Shown: positions 29,421 through 40,219, counted from the stretch's first letter. The stretch is 64,000 bases of DNA from Candidatus Poribacteria bacterium (GCA_965215015.1 OZ244042.1:4064001-4128000), one strand, 5' to 3'. The notes: generated from the letters alone by a model not told the origin. Numbers and translations: made by a program.

Positions 29421-30956
29421 ATGAATGCAAATGATACGGATCGGCGTCTCAAGTCACGTGGTGTTATACTGCTGCTCTCGGTTTCGATTATTGCAATTTG
29501 TGCGATTGTTTATGAACTGGGAATCGGGAGTTTATCTTCTTACCTTTTGGGCAACAGCATCTATCAATTTTCGATTACAATCGGGCTGTTTATGACAGCG
29601 ATGGGGATTGGATCGTATCTATCGAAATATATCACCCGTCAACTTATCACAGCGTTTATTCGGGTTGAGCTGGTAATTGGATGCATCGGCGGTTTTTCCT
29701 GCCCTATTCTTTTTGCGGCGTACAGCTTCAAGTTCTTCTACGTCCCGATTATGTGGATATTGATTATTCTCATTGGGACGCTGATTGGCTTGGAACTTCC
29801 GCTGCTGACCCGAATCTTTCGCGAATATACAACCCTACGAATTGCCCTAGCCAATGCCCTCACCTTTGATTATCTGGGCGGCTTAATCGGTTCCCTTGCG
29901 TTTCCGCTGCTGTTGTTACCCCTGTTGGGAATTTTTGAGACTTCGCTGGTCATGGGGCTTACTAACATAGCTGTTGTGATTGCCAACTTGATTCTGTTTC
30001 GGCGCGAAATTCAGCACTTCAAGCAGACTGTTGCGGTGGCTGTGTTGGTAACAATGGGCTTGATTGTAGCTCTGGTGATTAGCGATCCGGTGAGCGGCTA
30101 TCTTGAGCAGCGTGTCTACACCGACCGGATCATCCTATCGACGGACTCTAAATATCAACGGATTGTGGTGACACGCTGGAAGGACGATATTCGCCTCTAC
30201 ATCAATGGGCGTTTGCAGTTCAGCGCGCTCGACGAGTATCGTTATCATGAAGCACTGATTCATCCGGCAGCTTCGCTGGTTCCTTCGCGGGCGCGGGTGC
30301 TTGTTCTTGGCGGTGGCGATGGACTTGCGGCGCGCGAAATCTTGAAATATGACGATGTGGACGAAATCACGGTGGTTGACCTTGACCCGATGATAACGGA
30401 ACTTGCATCTACAGACAGCGCACTGCGCCGCCTCAACCAAGACGCACTCCACAATCCAAAGGTGAAGATGATTAATCAGGATGCCCAGCAGTTTCTCCAA
30501 GCAACTCATCAACGCTATAATTTAATTATCATCGACCTCCCGGATCCCGGCGATGAGTCGCTCGTGTCGCTTTATTCAGATACATTCTATCGCCTCGTCA
30601 AACGTCATCTCGCCAAAGATGGGCTCGCGGTGACGCAGAGCAGCTCTCCCTTTTTTGCACAACATGCGTTCTGGTGTATCCATCAGACGATCGAATTCGC
30701 CGGATTGTATACGACCGCTTACCATGTGAATGTGCCGAGTTTCGGTGAATGGGGATTTAATCTTTTTGGTGAATGGCAAATCGATCCACAGAAGATTACG
30801 ATAACGGTGCCAACTCGTTTCCTATCCAACGAATCGCTCCCGCCACTATTCATCTTCGATAAAGATATCGATGAGGTTGACACGCAAATCAATACCCTTT
30901 TGACGCCAATTCTACTTTTCTATCATCGGGAGGGGTGGGAGTCGTGGGGGTTATAG
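29421..30956 (+). CDS. speE: Membrane-bound polyamine aminopropyltransferase (spermidine synthase-like)
   Basis: N-terminal TM domain; DEYRYHE.L.HP, VLVLGGGDG, DLPDP, VPSFGEWGF. Confidence 0.88.
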   Translation: MNANDTDRRLKSRGVILLLSVSIIAICAIVYELGIGSLSSYLLGNSIYQFSITIGLFMTAMGIGSYLSKYITRQLITAFIRVELVIGCIGGFSCPILFAAYSFKFFYVPIMWILIILIGTLIGLELPLLTRIFREYTTLRIALANALTFDYLGGLIGSLAFPLLLLPLLGIFETSLVMGLTNIAVVIANLILFRREIQHFKQTVAVAVLVTMGLIVALVISDPVSGYLEQRVYTDRIILSTDSKYQRIVVTRWKDDIRLYINGRLQFSALDEYRYHEALIHPAASLVPSRARVLVLGGGDGLAAREILKYDDVDEITVVDLDPMITELASTDSALRRLNQDALHNPKVKMINQDAQQFLQATHQRYNLIIIDLPDPGDESLVSLYSDTFYRLVKRHLAKDGLAVTQSSSPFFAQHAFWCIHQTIEFAGLYTTAYHVNVPSFGEWGFNLFGEWQIDPQKITITVPTRFLSNESLPPLFIFDKDIDEVDTQINTLLTPILLFYHREGWESWGL

Positions 30957-31008
30957 AAAAATCCTGCTTGGCAACCGTGACATCATCTCTTTCTGATAGG
31001 AGCCTTAA

Positions 31009-34000
31009 ATGCAAATTGAAACGTTAATTGACAACATACAAACCAATACGTTGCACAAAACCCTCGAGACCCTGCTGCCGCAAAGTGTCAGTTTAGATAT
31101 TGCGACTGGAACGTTTGAAATTGGCGCGTTTCTATCGCTCGGAGAAACATGGCAACATTTAGATGGAATCCGCCTCCTTATGGGCGACGAGACCACGCGG
31201 CGGACAAAAGAACAGATTGTCAAGGCTTTGCAAGAAATGACCAATAACAGTCTTGAATCCGAAAAAGAAAGGGACGATACCCTCCAAGGGCTTGCCGCTG
31301 TACGGGCGGCGATTCGCTGCGGACAGATTAAGGTTCGTGTTTATGACAGAGCCAAGTTTCACGCGAAACTTAACCTGATGTGTGCTCAACAGCCAAGCCC
31401 TGTCAACTTTGCTACTGTTGGCAGCTCTAACTTTACCCGCCCAGGCCTCACCCAAAATGTCGAATTAAACTGTTTCATCACCGATGCTACGCATATCGCT
31501 AAGCTTCGCGATTGGTACGAGGCACGCTGGACGGAAGCCTCTGAGGTCCAAGCAGAACTCCTGCGTGTCATTGAACGGCATCTCAAGCAGTATAGTCCGT
31601 TTACCGTCTACGCGAAAGCACTTCACGCGCACTTTAAGGGACGTGAAAAACCTGTTGATGAGTGGGAAGAAAACGAATCGGTTATCTATTCGACACTTTC
31701 ACAATACCAAAAGGATGGGTACCATGCTGCGCTCCAAATAGCAGATACCTGGAATGGAGCTCTTATCTGCGATGGTGTCGGAAGTGGAAAAACCTACATC
31801 GGCCTAATGTTACTCGAACGCTGTCTAAGAGATGGCAAGCGTGTTTTGCTCATCACCCCAAAGTCGGTTGCCGAGAGCGTTTGGAACAGCCGGATTGAAC
31901 ACCACTTTCGATTCAAATACGGTCGCCTGCTCCGCGAACACTACGATATCAAACTGCATACCGATTTCAGCCGCCAAGGCGGAATCACCGATGAAGATTA
32001 CCACTATTTTCGACAATACAAGGACGTTATTATCATAGATGAGGCACACCATTTTCGGAATGCCGGTTCCAAGCGCGGTCAATTTTTGATGGAACTCGCT
32101 AAAGAGAAGCAGCTTTACCTCCTCACTGCCACGCCAATCAACAATAGCCTCAACGATATTTCTAATCTGATTAATTACTTTGGGCAGCACCCAAGCCACT
32201 TTGCTCACATCGGTGTTCACGATTTCCGAAAACACTTTCGGGACATTGAAAAACGGTTTGAGGATGAACACGCCGAGATTGCCGAACAGGCTGACGACGA
32301 AGATCTCTTGCGCCAAGACCCTGTTCTCAAACAAATTCTCATCCAGCGCAGCCGGGAATACATCAAACATGCTGAGAAGGAATCTGGGACTGATATCCTC
32401 TTCCCTGAGCGTGTTATCCAACCTACGGTACAATACTCGCTCCGCCAAGTCTATCGCACGCTCTATAGTGAACTCCAAAGTGCTTTTGACCGGGATGATC
32501 CGTTTCTCAATTTGGCAATCTACAACACTACCAGGTATCACAAAAATCCGCAGAGAGGGATACAGCAACGGCAAACGCAATTGATTGGTCTCCTCCGCAC
32601 CCTTGTGCTCAAACGCTTGGAAAGCTCATGGCGAGCCTTTGAAGCCACTATTGAAAACCTACTTCTCAAGATGGCAGTTTGGCTCCAAAGATATGCCCCT
32701 GAACGCTTTGACATGTGGGAGGCTACCAATCCGAGATGGTGGCGTGTTGTTCAGGTACACATCTGCGAAAGACTCCAAGAAGATGGAATCCTACAAGGAC
32801 AATCCCCACAATATACAATCCCACTGGAAAATCTGCAAAACTCCGTTGCGTCCAACTCCTCGGAAGAAGAAGACGATATCGCTTCGGTTGAAAGCGAGGC
32901 GGAATTCATTCCTGAGGATCACGATTTGGATCCTTTGTTTAATGATGTGGTAGACGATATGAATTTCTTAACTGGCCTCCTCAGTCGAATATACCGACGC
33001 TTCTATGCCGATCAGTTGGCTAGCGACCCGGATACGCAGAAGGATGATAAATTTCAACAACTCCTGAATCTCTTAAAAAAGCATCCGGACGAGAAATTAC
33101 TCATTTTTACCGAATTTTGCGACACCGCTCGCTACCTGTATGCCCAACTGCAAAATTCTGGCTTTGAGCAGCTCGCCCAAATTGATAGCCGCCGCAAGGT
33201 GAACCGTGAGGAGATTATTATACGCTTTTCGCCTTGCTACAACTGGAGGGACCCTCAAACGGTTGTGCCAATTCAGACGCTTATCACAACGGATGTCCTC
33301 GCTGAAGGGCTGAACCTGCAAGATGCGTCCATCATCATCAATTATGACCTGCATTGGAATCCTGTCCGGCTGATGCAACGAATCGGTAGACTGGACCGCC
33401 GCCTTGACCCAAAAATCGAGACACGACTCAACCGAATCAACCCGACTGTTCGCGTCTGGAATTTTCTTCCACCCGTGGAGCTCGATGACCTCCTCAAACT
33501 CCGCAGACGGGTTGATGGTAAAATCCTCCGCATCAGTCGAACCCTTGGCATTGAAGGTAAGTTTGTTTCACCGGATGACCCCGAAGAGACCATCCGTCTC
33601 TTTAACGAACAATATGATGGTACTGAAAGCATTGAAGAGCTGATGAACCTTGAACGTCAGCGAATCGCTGAATCACAACCCGATTTATGGGGTCAACTGC
33701 CAAACCTACCGCTGCGCCTCTTTTCGGGCAAACGCTCAAATGACGAACCACCACCTTTCCGTAATCGCGAAAACGAACTGATTCTACTTGAGCGCACCGG
33801 TGCCACCGGAATTTTCTGTTGTTATCAGATGCCAAACGATGAGGTTCAATGGTATTTCTATAACGCTGAAACTGATGAAGTGCTTGACAACATTGAGCAA
33901 ATCTGGCCTGAAATCCGATGCGGTGTGAAAACACCGCGCCATATTGAGGGTGGACAGGGTGGGCTCGTAGCCGCACAGAAAAAGGTTGAACGCCATATCC

Positions 34001-34083
34001 GCCGCACCTATCTTCGACGCATACAGGCCTCTATTGGAGCAAAGCCCAAACTTCTTGCGTGGATGGAAATTTCCTCAGGTTAA
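31009..34083 (+). CDS. PLD-nuclease + SNF2-like SF2 helicase fusion
   Basis: FHAK...GSSNFT (PLD); DGVGSGKT, IIIDEAH, LTATP, EGLNLQ, WNP.RL.QRIGR.DR. Confidence 0.9.
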   Translation: MQIETLIDNIQTNTLHKTLETLLPQSVSLDIATGTFEIGAFLSLGETWQHLDGIRLLMGDETTRRTKEQIVKALQEMTNNSLESEKERDDTLQGLAAVRAAIRCGQIKVRVYDRAKFHAKLNLMCAQQPSPVNFATVGSSNFTRPGLTQNVELNCFITDATHIAKLRDWYEARWTEASEVQAELLRVIERHLKQYSPFTVYAKALHAHFKGREKPVDEWEENESVIYSTLSQYQKDGYHAALQIADTWNGALICDGVGSGKTYIGLMLLERCLRDGKRVLLITPKSVAESVWNSRIEHHFRFKYGRLLREHYDIKLHTDFSRQGGITDEDYHYFRQYKDVIIIDEAHHFRNAGSKRGQFLMELAKEKQLYLLTATPINNSLNDISNLINYFGQHPSHFAHIGVHDFRKHFRDIEKRFEDEHAEIAEQADDEDLLRQDPVLKQILIQRSREYIKHAEKESGTDILFPERVIQPTVQYSLRQVYRTLYSELQSAFDRDDPFLNLAIYNTTRYHKNPQRGIQQRQTQLIGLLRTLVLKRLESSWRAFEATIENLLLKMAVWLQRYAPERFDMWEATNPRWWRVVQVHICERLQEDGILQGQSPQYTIPLENLQNSVASNSSEEEDDIASVESEAEFIPEDHDLDPLFNDVVDDMNFLTGLLSRIYRRFYADQLASDPDTQKDDKFQQLLNLLKKHPDEKLLIFTEFCDTARYLYAQLQNSGFEQLAQIDSRRKVNREEIIIRFSPCYNWRDPQTVVPIQTLITTDVLAEGLNLQDASIIINYDLHWNPVRLMQRIGRLDRRLDPKIETRLNRINPTVRVWNFLPPVELDDLLKLRRRVDGKILRISRTLGIEGKFVSPDDPEETIRLFNEQYDGTESIEELMNLERQRIAESQPDLWGQLPNLPLRLFSGKRSNDEPPPFRNRENELILLERTGATGIFCCYQMPNDEVQWYFYNAETDEVLDNIEQIWPEIRCGVKTPRHIEGGQGGLVAAQKKVERHIRRTYLRRIQASIGAKPKLLAWMEISSG

Positions 34084-34086
34084 TAA

Positions 34087-34800
34087 TTGTCTGAATCAGG
34101 ATTTTCAGGATGAAAGGATTGGCAGGATGATTTCATTCAGGTTGACAGTCTGTTCATGAGTGCCATAGAAGTATTTGCGGTTAGGATTTTAATGGCATTT
34201 GGGTGTTAGCCAAGCCGTATGCCGTAGCGGTTGTCTGAATCAGGATTTTCAGGATGAAAGGATTGGCAGGATGATTTCATTTAGACTGGCAGTCTATTCA
34301 TGCACACCCCAGAAGTATTTGCGGTTAGGATTTTAACGGCATTTGGGTGTTAGCCAAGCCGTATGCCGTAGCGGTTGTCTGAATCAGGATTTTCAGGATG
34401 AAAGGATTGGCAGGATGATTTCATTCGGACTGACAGTCTGTTCATGAGTGCCCCAGAAGTATTTGCGGTTAGGATTTTAATGGCATTTGGGTGTTAGCCA
34501 AGCCGTATGCCGTAGCGGTTGTCTGAATCAGGATTTTCAGGAGGAAAGGGTTGGGGGGATGATTTCATTTAGACTGGCAGTCTATTCATGCACACCCCAG
34601 AAGTATTTGGGGATAGGATTTTAATGGCAGTTGGGTGTTAGCCAAGTCGTATGCCGTAGCGGTTGTCTGAATCAGGATTTTCAGGATGAAAGGATTGGCA
34701 GGATGATTTTATTTAGACTGGCAGTCTATTCATGAGTGCCCTACAAGTATTTGAGGTTAGGAGTTTGATGGCAGTTGGGTGTTAGCCAAGCCCTATACCG
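34087..34800 (+). repeat. Non-coding tandem array, 5 x 144 bp
   Basis: Units start at 34087, 34231, 34375, 34519 and 34663 with TTGTCTGAATCAGGATTTTCAGG. Confidence 0.97.
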
Positions 34801-34839
34801 TTTGATTCTATCCGAAAGAAAAAAAATGGAGATAATTTA

Positions 34840-37800
34840 GTGCCCCAAATAACGCCTGAGAATATTCACAGTATCTATAACTTTGACGCATTGTTAAACT
34901 TTTTGCGAGAAAAGCTTGACTGGCCCATCCCTGAAGGGGTTGAACTTGAAGATGTTGCCTTTCCTTGGTCCCCCGAAGATCTCGATCTGGATGAACCGAC
35001 TGAGGGGCGAATCATTGACTGTTGGCAGCTGCCGCCTTTCTCAACTGACCAGCTTGAACTCGGATTTCATGAGGGGGGCCAACCGTGGGGCATCTTTTTT
35101 GTCCAATTTAAGAGTGAATCCATCTATCGGACTGCCCTAAGACGTGTTCTACGTGGGCTTGTTGAGAGACGGGACCGAGATCCAAACCTTCCCGTTTGGA
35201 ATCATGATCAACTCCTCTTTATCTGTACCACAGATGACTTTCAACGCTTCGCTTTTGCACACTTCGCCTCCACCGAAAACTGGCACCGCGCTGTGCTCTC
35301 CATCTTTTCGTGGGAACAGGGAGATACCCACCTCCGCACCCTCTGCGAATATAACCTCCCCGCCCTCACGTTTCCAACAGGAGGATTCTCAAATAATCAG
35401 GACTGGCTCCGAGAATGGCAAGCAGCATTTGACGTGGAAGCAGTTACCGAAAAATTCTTTGCCGAATACCAACGTATCTTTGAACAGGTAGAAGCTGCAA
35501 TCGAGGGTATTCCAGCAAGCGAAAAAGCGCAACGTCGGTTGTATATGCAACGACTCTTCAACCGGCTGATGTTCCTTCGATTTGTTGAAAAGAAGAAGTG
35601 GCTTACCTACAACAGCGATTACAACTACCTACGCGCTCTTTTCAACGCTGCGAACGAAACTGACGAAAACTTTCTCAATGACCGGCTCTATTGGGCCTTC
35701 TTTAATGGACTCGGCACCGCAGCAGATTTACCTCACGACTGCGCTGAAATTGAGGAGCGGCGAGGTAAAGTTCCTTTTCTCAACGGTGGGCTCTTTGAGA
35801 TGCAAGAATATGATGAACGCCATGCGGTGCATATCCCTAACACTGAGTTTGGCAAAATTTTGGACCTTTTTGAGCGATACAACTTTACGGTAACCGAATC
35901 CACTCCACTTGATATTGAGGTTGCTGTTGATCCCGAGATGCTTGGAAAGGTGTTTGAAGAACTTGTGACAGCCAGACACGATACCGGCAGCTACTACACA
36001 CCGCGCCCGGTTGTCTCCTTTATGTGCCGAGAGAGTTTGAAAATCTGCCTTCGTAATAAAACCGATGAAACACCGGCATGTCTTCAAGCATTTGTCGATG
36101 CCGATGATGCGACGGCAATTAGGAATCCAGAGCAGGTATTACAGGTGCTTCAAACGCTCCGCATTTGCGACCCAGCGTGTGGGAGTGGTGCCTATCTGCT
36201 CGGAATGATGAGCGAACTGCTTCGCTTGCGCGATGCCCTGTTCCAAAGCAATCAGATTGATGCCAAAACGACCTATCAACGCAAACTGGACATCATTCAG
36301 GAAAACCTCTACGGCGTGGACAACGATGAATTCGCTGTCAATAATGCCATGCTCCGCTTGTGGCTTAGCCTCGCAGTTGATTATGAGGGTGATATACCAG
36401 AACCGTTGCCTAACTTAGACTATAAAGTTACTGTTGGAGATAGCGTAACGGGGCCTGCGCCTGAACCTTCCGATGGCCAACTCCGGTCCGAAGACAGTTT
36501 AATTCAACAGATTCAGGAACATAAAGCCAACTATCTGGTTACCCACACTGATTTTGAGAAACAGAGACTTCGAGAGAGGATTACCGAACTCAAAAGAGAT
36601 CTTCAAGGGTGGAGTGTAAGCCAGGATGAGTTCGTCTGGCAGGTCGAATTTTCAGAAGTCTTCCAGGAAGGTGGATTTGATATTATCGTCGGCAACCCCC
36701 CTTATGTGCGACATGAGCTTATCAGACCGATTAAACCGATTTTAGAACAGCGATTTTCGGGTTTTTTTGTAAGCACTGCGGACCTCTATGTCTACTTCTA
36801 TAAACGAGGAGCGGAATTGCTCCGCGGGGGCGGGATTCTCACTTATATCTCCTCCAATAAATTTTTGCGAGCAGGGTACGGTCGGAAACTCCGGCAGCTC
36901 TTGACGAATAAAATGTGCCTTCAAAAACTGCTCGATTTTGGGAGTGTGCCAGTTTTTGGGGCGAGTGTGGATACCTGTATTGTCCTTGTTGAAAACGCTA
37001 TTCCGGGGGGAGAGACGTTTGCGGCGGCAATCTTTCGTGACAAGGCCGATGTCCCTCGCCTCTCTACAGCGTTTCAAGAGCATGCGATTTCTATGTACGC
37101 CCGCGACTTGTCCCCAGATGGATGGACTTTGACATCACCGGAGGCACTGAAACTGCTCGAAAAACTCCAAGGAACCGGAACACCGCTGGGAGAATACATG
37201 GATGGTGATTTCTATATCGGCGTGGTAACAGGCTGCAATGAGGCCTTTATAATTGATGCCTTAACGCGTCAGCAGCTGATTGCTGAGGATCCCAATAGTG
37301 GTGAACTCATAAAATCCTTGTTTCGTGGACGCAATCTTCAAAAATGGAGAACAGAAGCAACAGACGAGTATCTTATAACAATAGCGAGCAGCGCGAACGT
37401 GGAATGGCCTTGGTCAAATGCAGCAAACTATTTAGAAGCGGAACAACTTTTCGCCCAAACTTATCCGGCAATTTATCAACATTTGAACGCTTATCGGGAA
37501 TCGTTGATTTGCCGTATCGACCAAGGCACATTTTATTGGGAACTCCGCTCCTGTTTTTATTATACCAAGTTTGAAAAACCGAAGATTGTCTACCGAGACA
37601 TGGCAAAGTTCTTCTCAGCAAGCTATGATACTAAGGGAACATTCAGTTTAAACACAACATTCTTCATACCCACCGGCGATCTCTCTTTACTCGCTATTCT
37701 GAATAGTCAGCTCTTTGATTGGTATGCCCGACACAAGTTTCAGACCCTTAACGACCCGTGGGCGGGAGGTGGGCTGCGTTTCTTTGTGCAGTATATGCGG

Positions 37801-38004
37801 CGTGTTCCGATAGCAGGCCGTACTGCGGTGCAAAAAGCAGCTTTGGCGCGTTTGGTTGAACGGATACTCATAGACCCCAAAGGTGATAAGGTACGTGACT
37901 TTGAGAGGGAAATAGATGCACAGGTCTATCAACTCTACGACTTAACAGATGAAGAGATTGCGTTGATTGAGCGGACATACGAGGAGGCAGGGATGCAGCG
38001 GTGA
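34840..38004 (+). CDS. Type IIG-like / Eco57I-family N6-adenine DNA methyltransferase with C-terminal specificity domain
   Basis: FLNGGLF, DPEMLGKVFE, GSYYTPR, DPACGSGAY (motif I), GNPPYV (motif IV), TaqI-C-like tail. Confidence 0.9.
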   Translation: MPQITPENIHSIYNFDALLNFLREKLDWPIPEGVELEDVAFPWSPEDLDLDEPTEGRIIDCWQLPPFSTDQLELGFHEGGQPWGIFFVQFKSESIYRTALRRVLRGLVERRDRDPNLPVWNHDQLLFICTTDDFQRFAFAHFASTENWHRAVLSIFSWEQGDTHLRTLCEYNLPALTFPTGGFSNNQDWLREWQAAFDVEAVTEKFFAEYQRIFEQVEAAIEGIPASEKAQRRLYMQRLFNRLMFLRFVEKKKWLTYNSDYNYLRALFNAANETDENFLNDRLYWAFFNGLGTAADLPHDCAEIEERRGKVPFLNGGLFEMQEYDERHAVHIPNTEFGKILDLFERYNFTVTESTPLDIEVAVDPEMLGKVFEELVTARHDTGSYYTPRPVVSFMCRESLKICLRNKTDETPACLQAFVDADDATAIRNPEQVLQVLQTLRICDPACGSGAYLLGMMSELLRLRDALFQSNQIDAKTTYQRKLDIIQENLYGVDNDEFAVNNAMLRLWLSLAVDYEGDIPEPLPNLDYKVTVGDSVTGPAPEPSDGQLRSEDSLIQQIQEHKANYLVTHTDFEKQRLRERITELKRDLQGWSVSQDEFVWQVEFSEVFQEGGFDIIVGNPPYVRHELIRPIKPILEQRFSGFFVSTADLYVYFYKRGAELLRGGGILTYISSNKFLRAGYGRKLRQLLTNKMCLQKLLDFGSVPVFGASVDTCIVLVENAIPGGETFAAAIFRDKADVPRLSTAFQEHAISMYARDLSPDGWTLTSPEALKLLEKLQGTGTPLGEYMDGDFYIGVVTGCNEAFIIDALTRQQLIAEDPNSGELIKSLFRGRNLQKWRTEATDEYLITIASSANVEWPWSNAANYLEAEQLFAQTYPAIYQHLNAYRESLICRIDQGTFYWELRSCFYYTKFEKPKIVYRDMAKFFSASYDTKGTFSLNTTFFIPTGDLSLLAILNSQLFDWYARHKFQTLNDPWAGGGLRFFVQYMRRVPIAGRTAVQKAALARLVERILIDPKGDKVRDFEREIDAQVYQLYDLTDEEIALIERTYEEAGMQR

Positions 38005-38151
38005 GGCAGAGGGTTAAATTCGTTTTCCAGAAGTAAATCCGATGAGATTTTCACGGGCACTGCGAACTGATAATGAGGGAGACAAATTCTATCTAAGATT
38101 TGTTATTTCTGAACAAGGATTATATTTTTCCGTAAGTGGTTTAGCTAATCC

Positions 38152-38524
38152 GTCTGAATCAGGATTTTCAGGATGAAAGGATTGGCAGGAAGATTTCATT
38201 CGGACTGATAGTCTATTCATGAGTGCCGCACAAGTATTTGAGGGTAGGCGTTTAATGGCAGTTGGGTGTTAGCCAAGCCCTATGCCGTTTAATTCTATCC
38301 GAAAGAAAAAAAATGGAGATAATTCAGTGCCCCAAATAACGCCTGAGAATATTCACAGCATCTATAACTTTGACGCATTGTTAAACTTTTTGCGAGAAAA
38401 GCTTGACTGGCCAATCCCTGAAGGGGTTGAACTTGAAGCAGAGGGTTAAATTCGTTTTCCAGAAGTAAATCCGATGAGATTTTCACGGGCACTGCGAACT
38501 GATAATTAGGGAGGCAAATTCTAT
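38152..38524 (+). pseudogene. Ghost copy of the methyltransferase unit with a ~3.05-kb internal deletion
   Basis: 38152-38438 copies 34665-34951 (one array unit plus 37 codons) and is joined to 38439-38524, a copy of 38007-38092. Confidence 0.92.
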
Positions 38525-38530
38525 TCCATC

Positions 38531-40219
38531 ATGCGTCCAATTCCCCGCCGTCTTTTCCTACAATACTGCCTCTTTGGGTTAGGGATGCCGTTTTTGCCGC
38601 GGTGCTCATCCCCTTCTCCTAAGCCATTGACCTTCAACATCCCGGGTGAGATTATCGGTGAACCGAGTGGGATTGGCCATCTTGTGCGGCAGCCACTCGC
38701 GGAGACGCTCATCCCTCCGTCGACCGGGAGGCGACACACCGCACTCATTGTCGGCGGTGGAGTCTCAGGGGTCAGTGCAGGTTGGAAATTGGCGAGATCC
38801 GGTGTTACCGATTTTGTCATTCTTGATTTGGGGGACCAATTGGGCGGCACCTCAATTGCCGGTCGCGTCGAAGCAGATGGTATCGCATTCCCCTGGGGAG
38901 CGCACTACATCAACACACCGCCGATGGAGGCGGATTGTATCCTTGAGGTGCTCGAAGAGCTTCAGGTTGTCGTGGACTACACCCCCCTCGGATGGCCCAT
39001 TATGAATCCGGATTACGTTCTGCGCGAACCGGCGGAACGTCTGTTTATTGAGAACCGTTGGGTGGAAAATCTCGACCCCTTTTCCACCGGGTCCCAGGGG
39101 GATCAGCAGGCGTTCCAAGAATTTCAGACCGATATGCTTCGGTGGACGTTCTACAGAGGCGCGGATCAACGCCGTGCGTTTACGCTGCCGTTAGAATATA
39201 GCAGTGCGGATCCGGAGGTGCGTGCGTTGGATAAGATTACAATGCGGGAATACATGCGACAAAAGGGATGGGATTCAGAGCGATTGGATTGGTTTGTCAA
39301 CTACGGCTGCCGCGATGATTACGCCTGCCCGATTGATGAAGTTTCGGCGTGGGCGGGCATCCACTACTACGCGTGTCGTTATTACGCAGGTCAACTACAG
39401 GATCGCTTTCCAGTCCATACAGTCACATGGCCCGAAGGCAATGCCTTTCTGATAAACGGTATGGCACAGCGTTTTTCGTCAACCAACGTCCGCATGAATG
39501 CACTCGTCCTTTCCATTCACCAGCAGGGGGATGAGGTGCTCGTAACCTTCATGGACACCCAAACCCGTCAATTCACGACGTTGCGCGGACAAACAGCAAT
39601 CTACGCCGGACAGAAGCATATCGCCAACCATATCATACCCAATCTCCCCAATGATCAGAAGACTGCTTTCCAGGGGTGCCAATATACCCCGTGGCTGACA
39701 GGGAGCATTCACCTCAAACGTCTACCTCAGACAAGACGGAACGCGATTGCTTGGGATAATGTCATGTATGAGAGCGAAGGGTTAGGCTATATCGCCGCCG
39801 AGCATCAGACGCGGGATGCAGCAGATAGTGGAGGCCCATCGGTTCTTATCTACTACCTTCCCTTTGCCCGCGAACCGGATATTAAGCGGAGAGAACTGCT
39901 TGACAAGGGACACGATTTCTGGGTGAACGAAATCATGAAAGATCTCTGGCAGATGCACCCCGGTATCGAAAAGGACATCACCCGAATCGATCTCTATAAA
40001 TGGGGGCACGCGATGATCAGGCCGACGCCCAATTTTATTTGGCATCCGAATCGGGCATTACGTGGGCGTCCATTTGGCAGGATTTTCTTCGCAAATGCGG
40101 ATGTGACCGGGCTGCCGCTTTTTGAGGAGGCGTGTTATTCTGGCATCCATGCAGCGCAGGGCGCAATGAACGCACTACAGATTCCTTATGCGGATTCAAT
40201 TCGAGGAAGTATTCACTGA
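38531..40219 (+). CDS. FAD-dependent amine-oxidase-like oxidoreductase, probable Tat substrate
   Basis: PRRLFL signal; IVGGGVSG, PWGAHY, CRDDY, SAWAGIHY, WGHAM..P, LFEEA. Confidence 0.85.
   Translation: MRPIPRRLFLQYCLFGLGMPFLPRCSSPSPKPLTFNIPGEIIGEPSGIGHLVRQPLAETLIPPSTGRRHTALIVGGGVSGVSAGWKLARSGVTDFVILDLGDQLGGTSIAGRVEADGIAFPWGAHYINTPPMEADCILEVLEELQVVVDYTPLGWPIMNPDYVLREPAERLFIENRWVENLDPFSTGSQGDQQAFQEFQTDMLRWTFYRGADQRRAFTLPLEYSSADPEVRALDKITMREYMRQKGWDSERLDWFVNYGCRDDYACPIDEVSAWAGIHYYACRYYAGQLQDRFPVHTVTWPEGNAFLINGMAQRFSSTNVRMNALVLSIHQQGDEVLVTFMDTQTRQFTTLRGQTAIYAGQKHIANHIIPNLPNDQKTAFQGCQYTPWLTGSIHLKRLPQTRRNAIAWDNVMYESEGLGYIAAEHQTRDAADSGGPSVLIYYLPFAREPDIKRRELLDKGHDFWVNEIMKDLWQMHPGIEKDITRIDLYKWGHAMIRPTPNFIWHPNRALRGRPFGRIFFANADVTGLPLFEEACYSGIHAAQGAMNALQIPYADSIRGSIH

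Noticed and set aside
34087-34800. CRISPR array
   Set aside because: Whole 144-bp units repeat, there are no unique spacers, and no cas genes are in the window.
31009-38004. Complete DISARM or BREX system
   Set aside because: No DrmA/DrmB (DUF1998), PglZ or BrxC genes; only two genes are present.
38295-38492. Minus-strand 65-aa ORF
   Set aside because: It is antisense to the ghost methyltransferase fragment and has no independent support.
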